Positions 25,788 through 38,345 of a stretch of DNA of 64,000 bases are shown one piece after another. The translations under genes were made by a program, and so were the position numbers. This DNA comes from Octopus sinensis (taxonomy: Eukaryota): contig NC_043020.1 of assembly GCF_006345805.1 (NCBI RefSeq), forward strand, positions 18,228,001-18,292,000, in the 5' to 3' direction. Under the pieces are notes generated by a model. The model was not told the origin of the DNA, searched no databases, and saw nothing but the letters and a program-made list of their open reading frames with translations. Numbering within the stretch: the stretch's first letter is position 1; each line of letters begins with the position of its first letter.

Positions 25788-27141
25788 TGATACTGCTACA
25801 GTCTCTTGGGAGCGGGGGAGGGGGTGCTATGTTGCAATGCACCACCACCACCCCCGTCTATGTTGCAATGGTTTTCTGCAGTTAAGCATCAAGGATGTGA
25901 ATGGGATATATGTTGCTCATACTAATCCCAAAGGTATTTACCCTTACTAAAGAGAAATAAAATGGAGACAAAGTCACATCTGAATCTCTTATCAAAAGCT
26001 TACTGTTTTTACTATGTAATATTCAATCAGGAATACAACAGCCATTTAAAATGAGAAAAGAAGAAAGTGAGCTTGATTCTTACTTAATTGGGGAAAAAAA
26101 GCTTTATTCCAAAGAATGGCCATTAAATCATTAAAGAATTTGTTCCAATTACAGTTTTGAAATCAAAATCATTAAAAAAAAAAACAGAAAAGAAAAAGAA
26201 GTCTTCAGTTGTGTTTGGAACACCTTTGTGTTATATACTGAAATCAACTATAGCAAAAGGTTATGACATGAATGAGATTCAAATATAAAATTATTATATA
26301 AATTAAGTTTTATTATCAAGAAAGAACATGATCTTTTACAGTCTGACATTAAACCTGCTAACATGGATATAAATCTGATTTGAAAAAAAAAATAATAATT
26401 TCTGCTGCCTTGACAGAAATACCTGCTTGGATTGTTGTAGCCTCACACCAACCTGCAACTGCACAAAACCAGTGCATATAGCAGCTGTTATAGATAAAAT
26501 ATATACCAAGCAGATTTAGCCTACATTATTTTTATTTGTTCTTTTTTTTTCTTTTTGTAATTGACTGCAGTAATGTTAAATAATCCATTAGTCTCCAAAA
26601 CACTAAAAATGATTAAATTATGACCAACGGGCTTCTCGTAAATTTAAACAAACATAGAAAACATCAAAACTTCCTCTTAATTACTCAGAACTTATTGAGG
26701 ATTAGTAGTTTCCAACAGCATTTTTTGTAAGCCAGAAATTAGATACAAGTCTCACTTCAAAGTAGATGAGTAGTGCATTAGAAGGAATTCCACATTTAGC
26801 CACCAAAATACACCTACATACCTCAAAACTCATGAGAAATGGTTAAATTCCCAAACAAACTATGCCAGTAGAGTGAACATAACTTCACAAAACACTGAAG
26901 TGAAGCATGTCAGTTGCTCCGTAAGCTTAACCTTTCAGCATGTACACCTGTTGCACCTGATTTAAATATTCCACAGGTTTTATGTTTAAACTGACCAGAT
27001 TTGGCCTCTCACACCCATCCTACAATGTCGTTCAGAAAACGAAACATCACATCATCAAAATCTTGCATAAATAATTCAAAACAATTCTTTCATTCTTTTA
27101 CTTGTTTCAGTCATTTGACTGTGGCCATGCTGGAGCACCAC

Positions 27142-27341
27142 AAATAAGAGTCAAAATAACTCATGGCCACAATAAGCACCATCTTATTGACTGTCAAGGG
27201 AAGCAAGCTCCTTAAGCACCAGGCAGGGAACTTGCCTTCCTTGTCAGTCAACAAGATGGTGCTTATTGTGGATAGGAGTTGTTTTCACTCTTATTTTTAG
27301 CAATACTGGTATTGAATAGCACTCTCAGTTGCTTTAGTACT
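27142..27341. mobile_element. Diverged palindrome (27142-27296) with tail on the right
   Basis: ccacaataagcaccatcttattgactgtcaagg / ccttgtcagtcaacaagatggtgcttattgtgg; the tail resembles that of 46289-46617. Confidence 0.75.
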
Positions 27342-27555
27342 CTCTCTTTTACTCTTTTACCTGTTTCAGTCATTTGACTGCGGCCATGCTGAAGCACCGC
27401 CTTTAATCGAGCAACTCAACCCCAGGACTTATTCTTTGCAAGCCCAGTACTTATTCTATCGGTCTCGTTTTGCCAAACCGTTAAGTGACGGGGACGTAAA
27501 CACACCAGCATCAGTTGTCAAGCAATGCTAGGGGGATAAACACAGACACACACAT

Positions 27556-27598
<43 letters not shown>

Positions 27599-27760
27599 TA
27601 TATGACAGGCTTCTTTCAGTTTCTGTCTACCAAATCCACTCACAAGGCATTGGTCGGCCCGGGGCTATAGCAGAAGACACTTGCCCAAGATGCCACGCAG
27701 TGGGACTGAACACGGAACCATGTGGTTGGTAAGCAAGCTACTTACCACACAGCCACTCCT
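27342..27760 (-). mobile_element. SINE family A, young copy
   Basis: Closely similar to 11872-12284. Confidence 0.9.
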
Positions 27761-27779
27761 TATTTATATATATATATAT

Positions 27780-28156
27780 CATCATCATCATCATCATCAT
27801 CATCGTTTAGCGTCCGTTTTCCATGCTAGCATGGGTTGGACGGTTCTACTGGGGTCTGTGACGCCAGAAGGCTTCATCAGGCCCAGTCAAATCTGGCAGT
27901 GTTTCTACGGCTGGATGCCCTTCCTAACGCCAACCACTCCGAGAGTGTAGTGGGTGCTTTTTACGTGCCACCCGCACAGGTGCCAGACAGAGCTGGCAAA
28001 CGGCCACGAACGGATGGTGCTTTTTATGTGCCACCGGCACGAGGGCCAGGCGAGGCTGGCAACGGACATGAAACGGGGCGGTGCTGGCAACGGTCGCGAA
28101 ACGGAAGGTTCTCTTACATGCCACCGGCACTGGTAACACATCTGCAATTTCCTGCC
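27780..28156 (-). mobile_element. RTE-tailed repeat family C
   Basis: (cat)n cgtttagcgtccgttttccatgctagc...ggatgcccttcctaacgcc, plus tandem 'ggtgctttttacgtgccacc' units. Confidence 0.85.
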
Positions 28157-29473
28157 ATAATACACACAGCTACACTATATATTGCCACAACTGATTACAC
28201 TATATACACACACACTGTGTGTATATACTTCAGCATACTATGATGTGTATGACCACCATATACTAGAAATCTTACACACATGCACAAACTATAAATATTG
28301 ACCCGGGGTAAATCTGTTCTATATACATTGACTATAAAAAGACCAAAAGACCATAGGATAGAAAATAGAAGGAGAGGTTGCCACTATGTGGTCGTTTAGT
28401 GTGTTGGAAATAGCAGCCAAATTCCCCCCAAACTACACAGTGCCATCTTAACTTACAAAAAAAATTTGGACATATTGTAGTCCTGGATTGATAGTTTGAA
28501 AACAAGGCAGGATGGTCACTGGGGGAGCACATTGACGATAGGACAGTTTCATCATATTTGCTCTGGAAGTTAAATAAAAATAAGTACTACTATTATTCTA
28601 AGAACCTATGTGTGTGTGTATGTATGTATATATATATATATACGTATATATATACACACATATATATAATGTATATATATACACATATATATAATGTATA
28701 TGTATATATATATACACATATATATAATGTATATGTATATATATATACACATATATATAATGTATATGTATATATATATATATACATATATACATATATA
28801 TATATACATATACACATACATACACACACACGTACAATGGGCTTTCAGTTTCCATATACCAAATCCACTCAAAACTTTGGGCTGGCCTGAGGCTATAGTT
28901 GAAGATACTTGCCCAAGGTGGCATGCAGTGGGACTGAACCCAGAACCATGTGGTTTGGTAGCTTCCTAACACACAGTCATGCCTGCGCCTATAAAAAAAA
29001 AGCCTTACATTTGACAGAATAATCTGAAGCCGAAAGAGTTAAAGACATGATGTAACTAAACAAAACCTACCCACAAATGAAAGTTCCATTCTCAAACTGA
29101 CTGAATGAAGAAGCTAGGAAGAATACCGGGCACAGCACAATAATAACAATAGCTGAGGATAATGCAGTTTAACATATTGAATCTGTACCACCATTCTGAC
29201 ATGTATGTGAGTGGAAAGTACAATTGAGTGCGGGAGAAGGGAGGAAGAGAGCTAGACTATGAAATGACAGTATTTCCAATCAATAAACATATCACATGCT
29301 TATATATTCTGTTTGCTTTCCTACACTATGTCTCTTCTTGCATATTCAATATTGCTAATATTTAGGGCTTACATTCAATACAAAGATTATAACTGTGTCA
29401 GAAAAGGCATTATCAGCATCGGTCTGTCTCTGTCTCTGTCTCACACATACTTAGATCATTAAGTGTGAATATG

Positions 29474-30102
29474 GGTGCAGGCATGGCTGTGTGGTAAGAA
29501 GCTTGCTTCCCAACCACATGGTTTTGGGGTTCAGTCCCACTGTGTGGTACCTTGGGCAAGTGTTTTCTACTATAGCCCCAGGCCGACCAAAGCTTTGAGA
29601 GTAGATTTGGTGGACAGAAACCAAAATAAGCCTGTCGTATATGTATGTGTGTGTATATGTGTGCATGTGCATGCATGTATATATATATGTATGTATGTAT
29701 ATGTGTGCATGTGCATATGCATATATATATATATATGTATGTATATGTTTGTGTATATATACATATGTAGTTAGATATAGATATGTACATATATGTGAAT
29801 ACATGGAGATGAAGATATGTATATAGATATATATAGATGTGTGGGTATATGTATGCATGCATCTGTATGTGTGTATGCATGCATGTGTGTGTGTGTCTTA
29901 CATGATAGTTGTAAACAAGTGACATCATCATGTAAATGGTTTCCTATTTCCAACTTTCCATGAAAATATCTGATCATAGGGGAAATATTACCTTAATTGT
30001 GAGGTTTGGTGACAGGAAGGGCATCCAGCTGTAGAAAATCTTCTCCAACAAGCTGACATTAAATTATGTTGGTATGGAGAAGTTGACATCAAAATGATGA
30101 TG
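29474..30102 (+). mobile_element. SINE A' (family-A head, expanded microsatellite, RTE-type tail)
   Basis: Head 29474-29640; tail 'ggtgacaggaagggcatccagctgtagaaaa...aaatgatgatg'. Confidence 0.75.
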
Positions 30103-30978
30103 TGTAAATATCCCAGTGATCCAGCACTTCTAATGCAAAACACTAAAAAAATGAATTCCTTTAATAGCTTATGAGGCCTGATTTGGGAATTGTGGAGAAT
30201 GTTCTGGAAATAACTCCACTTCCTAGTGCTAATTTTACTGTGTTGGTGGGGTCCCCAGGGAGATTTGAACTAAAGTAATTTATCCCGTAGTGCAAACCTA
30301 TCTTTACACACTATTTACTAATTAAGATCATCGCTACTTTCTTCGTATTCTACGGAGAAATAAAATTAGTCTTGTTGCTGTATCTGGAGACAATACATGA
30401 CATTAGGAAACAAAGAATTTCTTGTGATTAGAGAAAAGACAAAAAGAGAGAACTATGAAGCAGGTGTATCAGTCAGAATGTATTACTTATATTTCACTAA
30501 TTCATTCCAGACCATTAACAGTTAATTATACAAGTTAATTTGAGAAAAAAAAACAAAATGAAAAGTATCATCAAATCCTAAATTTTGACTTAAAACTACT
30601 AAAAATGAAGATCAATAATTAGCCATGTGCAGGGTTAAAGGATATCAACAATTTTAGTTTCAAACTCTGACTAAATTGTAAAACAAATCAATAAATAGTT
30701 AAATGAACGAAGATAAATAATTCTGTCTTAAATTCTAAACTATCTTTATATGACCTTTCATGCTTTAATGTGCAAGAGTGCATTATAAATATATATGTAT
30801 ACACACAGGCACAGTTGTGGCTGTGTGGTAAGAAATTTGCTTCCCAACCACATGGTTTGAGGTTCAGCTCCAGTATGTGGCACTTTGGACAAGTGTCTTC
30901 TAGTATAGGCCTGGGCCAACCAAAGCCTTGTGAGTGAATTTGGTAGACAGAAACTGAAAGAAGCCCATCACACACACA

Positions 30979-31182
30979 CAGTAATACCTCACCATATCGC
31001 AGTTTATTATTTAAGCTCATGTTGATTCCTCCGTGGTGTTGTTTTGCATTTATAATAAAATAAATATATTCAAATTATAAAAATGATTTTAAAAAATATA
31101 CAGTACTGTTTCTACTTTACAGATTTTCACCTATCGCAGGGGGGTTTTGGAACATACCCATGATAATTGATAGATTACTCTG
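30979..31182. mobile_element. Degenerate pogo/Tigger-like MITE inserted in the microsatellite of a family-A SINE (30810-31520)
   Basis: Ends cagtaatacctcaccatatcgcag ... gataattgatagattactctg, resembling CAGTAATCCCTCG-type TIRs. Confidence 0.5.
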
Positions 31183-32119
31183 TGTGTGTGTGTGTGTGTG
31201 TATACATAGATAGATTTTTATTAATATTTAGCAGAAGCAACAGAGTGACTCAAGGTCTAAGAGTTTCATGTGTTGGCATGCTTTTGTTTGTATCCCACCA
31301 CTCCTTGACAACCAGTGTTGGTTTATTCACATCCCTCTGACTTGGCAGTTTCACAAAAAGATACCAACAGAATAACTGATAGGCTTACAATTTAGTCAGA
31401 GTTTAACAGTTAGATAATAATAATAATAAAAAAAAAAGACCGAGAGCAATATATTCAACTATTCAACTAAATCTTTCAAGGTGGTGCCCCAGTATGGCCA
31501 CAGTCCAATGATAGAAACCATAAGGATCTTTATATTCCTATAACAGTGATGTAATTCCCCAAATGCCCACCCACCAGTTGTCAGTCACCCAAGCTGTAAT
31601 GCTGATAAGGAAGAAACACTAAAACATGCTGTTCTTTCAGACCATTTATATTTTGCAGTTATAGTTAAACTGAGTGATTATGCTTCTGCTACAAAAATGC
31701 TCAGTAATTGATGATATAACCCAGCGTTGCCCATTTTTTACTTATGGACATCTTTGATCCCTATTTTATACTACTTTGACTCCTATAACCATCCAATGTT
31801 TTTTTTTAAATCCTATATAGTTTTAACAGCTAAATATTATTAAGAATTGTATTTAAAAAATTGTTAAAATATTTGGTGTATTGTAAAAGTATAATCAATT
31901 TATTGCAGATAAATTTTAGCAATAAAATGTCATGTGGACCCTTAAGAGTCATATAGACCCCAGCTGAGGACCACCAATATGAAACAAAAAGAATGTGAAA
32001 ATTGAAAAGACACTCCAAATTTTTTCACAAAACATTTCCATTTGTACCTCAGCAAGAAAATATTTAAAAAGCCTTGTTGCTTTTATGTTGAGGTAATTTT
32101 TACTAGAATAGTTAACAAA

Positions 32120-32750
32120 TGTTTCCAATTTAGGCACAAAGAGAGGAGTGGACAAACAGATAATTACATCAACACTGGTACTAGACTGGTACTTTATTTC
32201 ATCAGCCCTGAAAGGTATGAAAGAGAAAGTTCACCTCAGTGAGATTTGAACTCAAAATGTAAAGGATTGCAATAATTACAACAATGTATCCTTTTTGATG
32301 CTCTAATTATTTCTGCCAGCTTGCTCCCTAACAGCAACAATTAAAAATAAAAACAATTTTTTCTACTATAGGCAAAAGGCATGAAACTCAGTCAATTGCA
32401 CTGATCCCAGTGCATAACTGGTACTTATTTCATTGACCCTGAAAGGATGAAAAGCAAAGTCAACCTCAGTGAAATTTGAACTCAGTACATATAAAACCAA
32501 AAGAAATGTCTCTAAGAATTTTGTCTGGTGTGCTAACAATTCTGCTAGCTCACTGTCTTAATAATGGCTTCAAATTTTGGCACAAGGCCAGCATTTTCAA
32601 GGGGAGGGGGCTAAATCGATTAGTGCTCAACTGGTACTTATTTTATCAACCCTGAAAAAAATGAAAGGCAAATTGATCCTGGCAGCATTTGAACTCAGAA
32701 TGTAAAGACAGATGAAATTCTGCCAGCTTGCTGCCTCCACTGCCTTAATA
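32120..32750 (-). mobile_element. Head-to-tail array of about 3 old SINE family B copies
   Basis: Repeated actggtacttatt...ccctgaaaggatgaaa...gaatttgaactcag...ctgccagct units. Confidence 0.8.
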
Positions 32751-33189
32751 ATAATAATTAATTAATTATACTGCTACTAAACCACATTTTCTTTTTCTGA
32801 AGGCAGGAATAATTCAGATCATAAGACAAATCTGAAAGCTGGAAAGCATTTAATCAATCTTCTAAAAATGAACAATAACAATATTTTTAAATATGTACAA
32901 CAGACAGTAACACACTAATTTTTTATAATAAATAATTAAAAAAAGTGGGGGAACAAGTACTAAAGTTCAAAATTTTCTGAAATCCACTGGGAGACATTAA
33001 GGGTCCCTACCCCACCCTCCTGATTAAATAAGAACAGAGTTTGTTTACTATTTTGTTTCAGTCATTGGACAGAAGCCATGCCGCAGTCCAATGACAATAA
33101 TACACACTGAAATATATTCAAAGGCTTTCTGTCAATCATATTAACCTTAATACTTATTCAAATTGATCTATATTTATAATAATAATAAT

Positions 33190-33592
33190 AATCATCATCG
33201 TTTAACGTCCGTTTTCCATGCTAGCATGGGTTGGACGGTTCAACTGGGGTCTGGGAAGCCAGAAGGCTGCGCCAGGCCCAGTCTGATCTGGCAGTGTTTC
33301 TACAGCTGGATGCCCTTCCTAATGCCAACCACTCCGAGAGTGTAGTGGGTGCTTTTTATGTGCCACCTGCACAGGTGCCAGACGAGGCTGGCAAACGGTC
33401 ATGATCAGATGGTGCTTTTTACATGCCACCGGCACGGGGGCCAGACGAGGCTGGCAACGGCCACAATCGGATGGTGCTTTTTACGTGCCACCAACACGGA
33501 GGCTAGTCGGGGCGGCGCTGGCAACGGCCATGTTCAGACGGTTCTCTTACGTGCCACCGGCACTGGTATCTCAGCTACAATTTCCATTCATG
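33190..33592 (-). mobile_element. RTE-tailed repeat family C with four internal units
   Basis: Same structure as 27780-28156 with one extra unit. Confidence 0.85.
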
Positions 33593-33599
33593 TTGAAAG

Positions 33600-34290
33600 A
33601 TTTCGATTTAAGGCCACAAATTTGGGGTAGGGGAATAGTCGATTACATCGGCCTTAGTGTTTCACTGGTGCTTAATTTATCAATCTCAACAGGATGAAAG
33701 GCAAAGTCAACCTCAGTAGAATTTGAACTCAGAACATAGCAACAGACGAAATGCCACTAAGCATGCTAACGATTCTGCCAGCTCGCTGTCTAATAATTAT
33801 TTCTTTATTGCCCACAGGGGGCTAAACATAGAAGGGACAAAAAAAAAAACAAGACAAATAAATTAAGTAGATTACATCGACCCCAGTGCATAACTGGTGC
33901 AGATTTAATCAACTCCGAAAGGATGAAAGGCAAAGTCGATCTCAGTGGAATTTGAACTCAGAATGTAGTGACAGGCAAAATACCACTAAGTATTTCACCT
34001 GGCATGCTAATGTTTCTGCCAGCTCTCTGCCTAATAATGATGATAATAATAATAATAACAATTATTATTATTATTTCAAATTTTTACCTCAAGGGCAGCT
34101 TGGAGGAGGTGGGGGATGAGTGATTTCATTGACCCCAACATTCAATTTGTACTTATTTTATTGACTCCGAAAGGATGAAAGGCAAAGTCGACCTTGGTGG
34201 AATTTGAACTCAGAATGTAGCAACAGACGAAACACCACTAAGCATTTTGGCCAGCGTACTACCAATTCTGCCAGCTCGCTGCCTAATAAT
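33600..34290 (-). mobile_element. Head-to-tail array of 3 SINE family B copies
   Basis: Three units with three different 3' ends, separated by (AAT)n. Confidence 0.85.
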
Positions 34291-34914
34291 AATAATAATG
34301 ATGATGATGATGATGATGATGGTTATTTCATTTATTTGCTACCAGGCAAAGGATGGACAGGGGATACAGTACAAAGACAGGCATAAAGTGTGGGAGTTTA
34401 CATATAATGAAATGATAAAATAATTATAAAAAGAAAAACGTAAGTATACACAATGGAAAGTAAAGGACATATACATGGTATAGAAAGGTTTAAAAAAAGG
34501 GGGGAAAATGGGGTGGGTGGAGAATGATAGCGATACAGCCCTCCTGATACAGGAGGACCTCTAGGGATAATCGAGGAACCTCACAGTCCAAGATTTTCCT
34601 GAAGACCAAGAGCAATACTGTTCATCCATCACTGTCAATGATGACCAACGACATCACATGAGTGAAGATGGGTCACAGTGTGCCTGACTGTGGCCAATCA
34701 GCCTGATGCATGCTCTCAGAAAGCTTTGCTGCAGGTCAAGCATTGGTGGTCTGCTGGGAATATAGGCGTGTAGTCGGCTCTGGACTTGTGCAGTTCACAT
34801 TTCCCGTGTGCTCCCGCAATCGAGTTCCGTTCAGGAAGTGGCATCTCTGTTGGTACAGCTTCACCAAGCAGAGCGGTCGAGTGCTATATTTACTGAAAGG
34901 CTAAATTACCATCT

Positions 34915-35788
34915 TTTATCCGTTTCAATCAGTAGACTGTGGCCAAGCTGGGGCACCACATCGAATTTTTAGTCGAATAAGTCAATCCCAGTACTTATTT
35001 TTTTAAGTCTTATATGTATTCTATCAACCTCTTTCAATGAACCACTAAGTTACGGGAGACGTAAACACACCAACACCAGTTGTCAAGTGGTGACGGGAGG
35101 GGTCACAAACACAGATATATATATATATATATATATAATACATACAGGCTTCATTCAGTTTCTGTCTACAAAATCCACTCACAAGGCTTTAGATGGCCCA
35201 AGGCTATAGTAGAAGTCACTTGCCCGAGATGCCATGCAATGGTACTGAACCCAGAACCATGTGGTTGGGGAGCAAGCTGCTTACCACACAGCCACTCCTG
35301 TGATACAACTTAACACTGTTTTCCCACAGGTAAACATTTATGCAAACATACAAAAAAAAAAACATAAAATAGGCCTCTGGACAGTTTCTGTCTACCAAAT
35401 TTCACTTGCAATGCATTAGCCAACTCAAAACTAGAGGTAAGTCCATATGCTCAAGGTGCCTCGTAGGGGAAACAGAAAACAGATCCTTGTGACAACAAAC
35501 TGGACTTCATAATCACATGGTTATAGAATTTATCTTTTATTTTGTAGCCATGCTGGAGCACCACCCTGTAGGGTTTTTAGAGGAACAACTCAATCCCAGT
35601 CGTTTTTTGTTTTTATTTTTTTTTTAATGTCTGGTACTTATTTTATTGGTCACTTTTACCAAACAGCTAAGTTATGAGGCTATAAACAAAGCAACACCAG
35701 TTTTCAAGTGGAGACAGGAGACAAAGGCAAACATCATATAAATATACACACACACATATAGAGAGGCAGGGATAGATAGATAGGGATG

Positions 35789-35831
<43 letters not shown>

Positions 35832-35832
35832 G

Positions 35833-35902
<70 letters not shown>

Positions 35903-36050
35903 AAGATAGATATGACAGGGTTCCACAGAGTTGTCTACCAAATTCACTTACAAGACTTTGGTTGGCCTGGGGTTATAGTAAAAGATATTTGCCCAAGATG
36001 CCATGCAGTGGGACTGAACCCCAAACCTAGTTACTGCAAAGCAAGCTCTC
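34915..36050 (-). mobile_element. Two family-A SINEs (34915-35300 and 35540-36050); the second carries an internal (GA)n(TAGA)n
   Basis: Family-A 5' and 3' halves flank the microsatellite at 35770-35912. Confidence 0.75.
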
Positions 36051-36369
36051 TTAATTCACCATACAAGAAAAGTTAACAAAAAGGAAAAAAAAAAAGCTGA
36101 ATAAAAAAAAAAAAATTTATTGGCAGCAGGAATTAAAGAACATTCATGCTTCATATTACAACTACCATTCCACCAACCATGATGATATGTTCTGAGATGT
36201 GGGTCTGACAGTGGAGTGGTTTATAACAGCCCATTTCAGCATTGTAAGGTTGTTGTTTTTCTTATATTTATGTGAGTGCCTGTATAAAGTATGTGGCTAC
36301 ATATAAACAGAGATATGTAGGCATGTGTGTCTATGCATATATACAAAAAACAAAAAAAAAAAAAAGGAA

Positions 36370-36486
36370 TATATGTGTATGTGTATAAACACACCTACAC
36401 ACATAAGAATATATATATGTGTATATATATATATGTATGTATGTATGTGTATAAACACATCTACACACATAAGAATATATATATAT

Positions 36487-36537
<51 letters not shown>

Positions 36538-36632
36538 GTATAAACACACCTACACACATAAGAATATATATGTGTATATATATATATATATGTATGTATG
36601 TATGTGTATAAACACACCTACACACATAAGAA

Positions 36633-36668
<36 letters not shown>

Positions 36669-36680
36669 TGTATGTGTGCA
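36370..36680. repeat. Minisatellite: 4 units of 'gtataaacacacctacacacataagaat' plus variable (TA)n/(TATG)n
   Basis: Core motif at ~36382, 36449, 36538 and 36606. Confidence 0.9.
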
Positions 36681-37287
36681 CATGTATTCATACATACATA
36701 CACAGATATAAGATGTGTATATGCATGTACACACACATAAATATATATATATATAATCTATACAATTATGAAGTTACATGTATACTTAAGTAGGTATGCA
36801 TGTGTATACATAGATATATACATATACATATATGTACACACAAATGAACACACATACACAATATATATGCTCAGACATAAAGATACACACACACATCTGT
36901 TATCAGGAAATAAACACACATTCATATATATATATATATACACACACCAGACCAAGCTGGATGATGTCATCTGTAGATAGCTTATAGTTTTCAGCTCCCT
37001 AAGCCTCTCTCCAACAAGCCAGTAATACTTAAGAAGAGCGCCAGGTAACTAGTGGGTTTCACAAGAATGGTGCTGCTTTTCCTGATATATAATTTCATAG
37101 CAAGAGAAAGAGAGAGAAAGAGGTTAAGGAATGACATGGGAGAAAAGAAACAAGAGGCAATTTAGGAGCTGTAAGAAGGAGAAAAAATTGCTTCTACCAA
37201 AATAGAAGAATCAAAGAAAAATGGAGAGGAAGTTTAAAGTATTCATATATGGATGATGAGTGTGTTTGTTCATGTGTATATATATAC

Positions 37288-37333
<46 letters not shown>

Positions 37334-37354
37334 CATTATGAGTGTGTTTGTTTA

Positions 37355-37407
<53 letters not shown>

Positions 37408-37479
37408 TATGAGTGTGTTTGTTCATGTGTATATATATATATATAATATATATATATATATATTATATATATATGTGTG

Positions 37480-37516
<37 letters not shown>

Positions 37517-38199
37517 TGTACACACACACACACCCACAAACATATGTATAAATATATATATAATATAAACACATATTTGCATATATAAGCATACATCTAT
37601 GTGTGTGTGTGCATTTATATATAGATAGATACACACACACAATCATCTACATATAGACATAATTATCCATATATGTAAATATATACACACACACACATAT
37701 ATATATATATACGCAATTACACGTATGTAAGCACACATTCACACAAGCACATACACAAACATATCTACATACTCCCATTTTTATATACATGTGTCATCAC
37801 CAGCATCATCTTACACGGGTTTGTTTTTTTTTCATGCTGGTGTGTGTGTCTGCGCGCACGCACGCGTGCATACGGGTGGGTGTATGTGTGTGCATACATT
37901 AGTTTTATTTTAGCCATCCAGCTAAGGCTCTAGAATGACTGATGTAGATGCACAGCTATAAATAAAATATGTGTATGTGTGTTTATAAGAGTATATGTAC
38001 ATGTATGTTTTATATAGACACTCACTGTGTGTCCTTCTTTATGCAGCTTGCTTCACTTTGTCATCTTGCTTCTGTGTCAATACAATCAAAATTTTTATCC
38101 ATTTTATTATTAGCCTTGTACTTAATGAAGAAAGCTTTATTATTATAATTTGATCTTGGGTTTCCAAAAATGTTCCAAGGCCTTAATTCTGGTGCTCCG

Positions 38200-38345
38200 T
38201 TTGACCAACATGATACAAGAAGACAACTGCAACTTACTGGGCACTGCCTGCAGTACCCAGAGTTACCACCCAGCCAGTCAAATCATCTGGGAAGAGACCT
38301 ATAGGAAGATAAGCCATGGAAGTACTTCCAAAAACAATGGGTCAA
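38200..38345 (+). pseudogene. Old non-LTR retrotransposon (RTE/RTE-X-like) ORF C-terminal relic
   Basis: RQLQLTGHCLQYPELPPS / IIWEETYRKISHG resembles 'RRL.LAGHC.R.PE....ILWEP.HG...GRP'. Confidence 0.6.

Noticed and set aside
27836-28243. 135-aa ORF with repeated GAFYVPPA motifs (similar ORFs at 20.8 and 33.4 kb)
   Set aside because: Antisense read-through of family-C internal tandem units; the frame is not preserved between copies.
36370-36680. CRISPR-like repeat-spacer array
   Set aside because: The intervening sequences are (TA)n/(TATG)n, not unique spacers; eukaryotic context with no cas genes.
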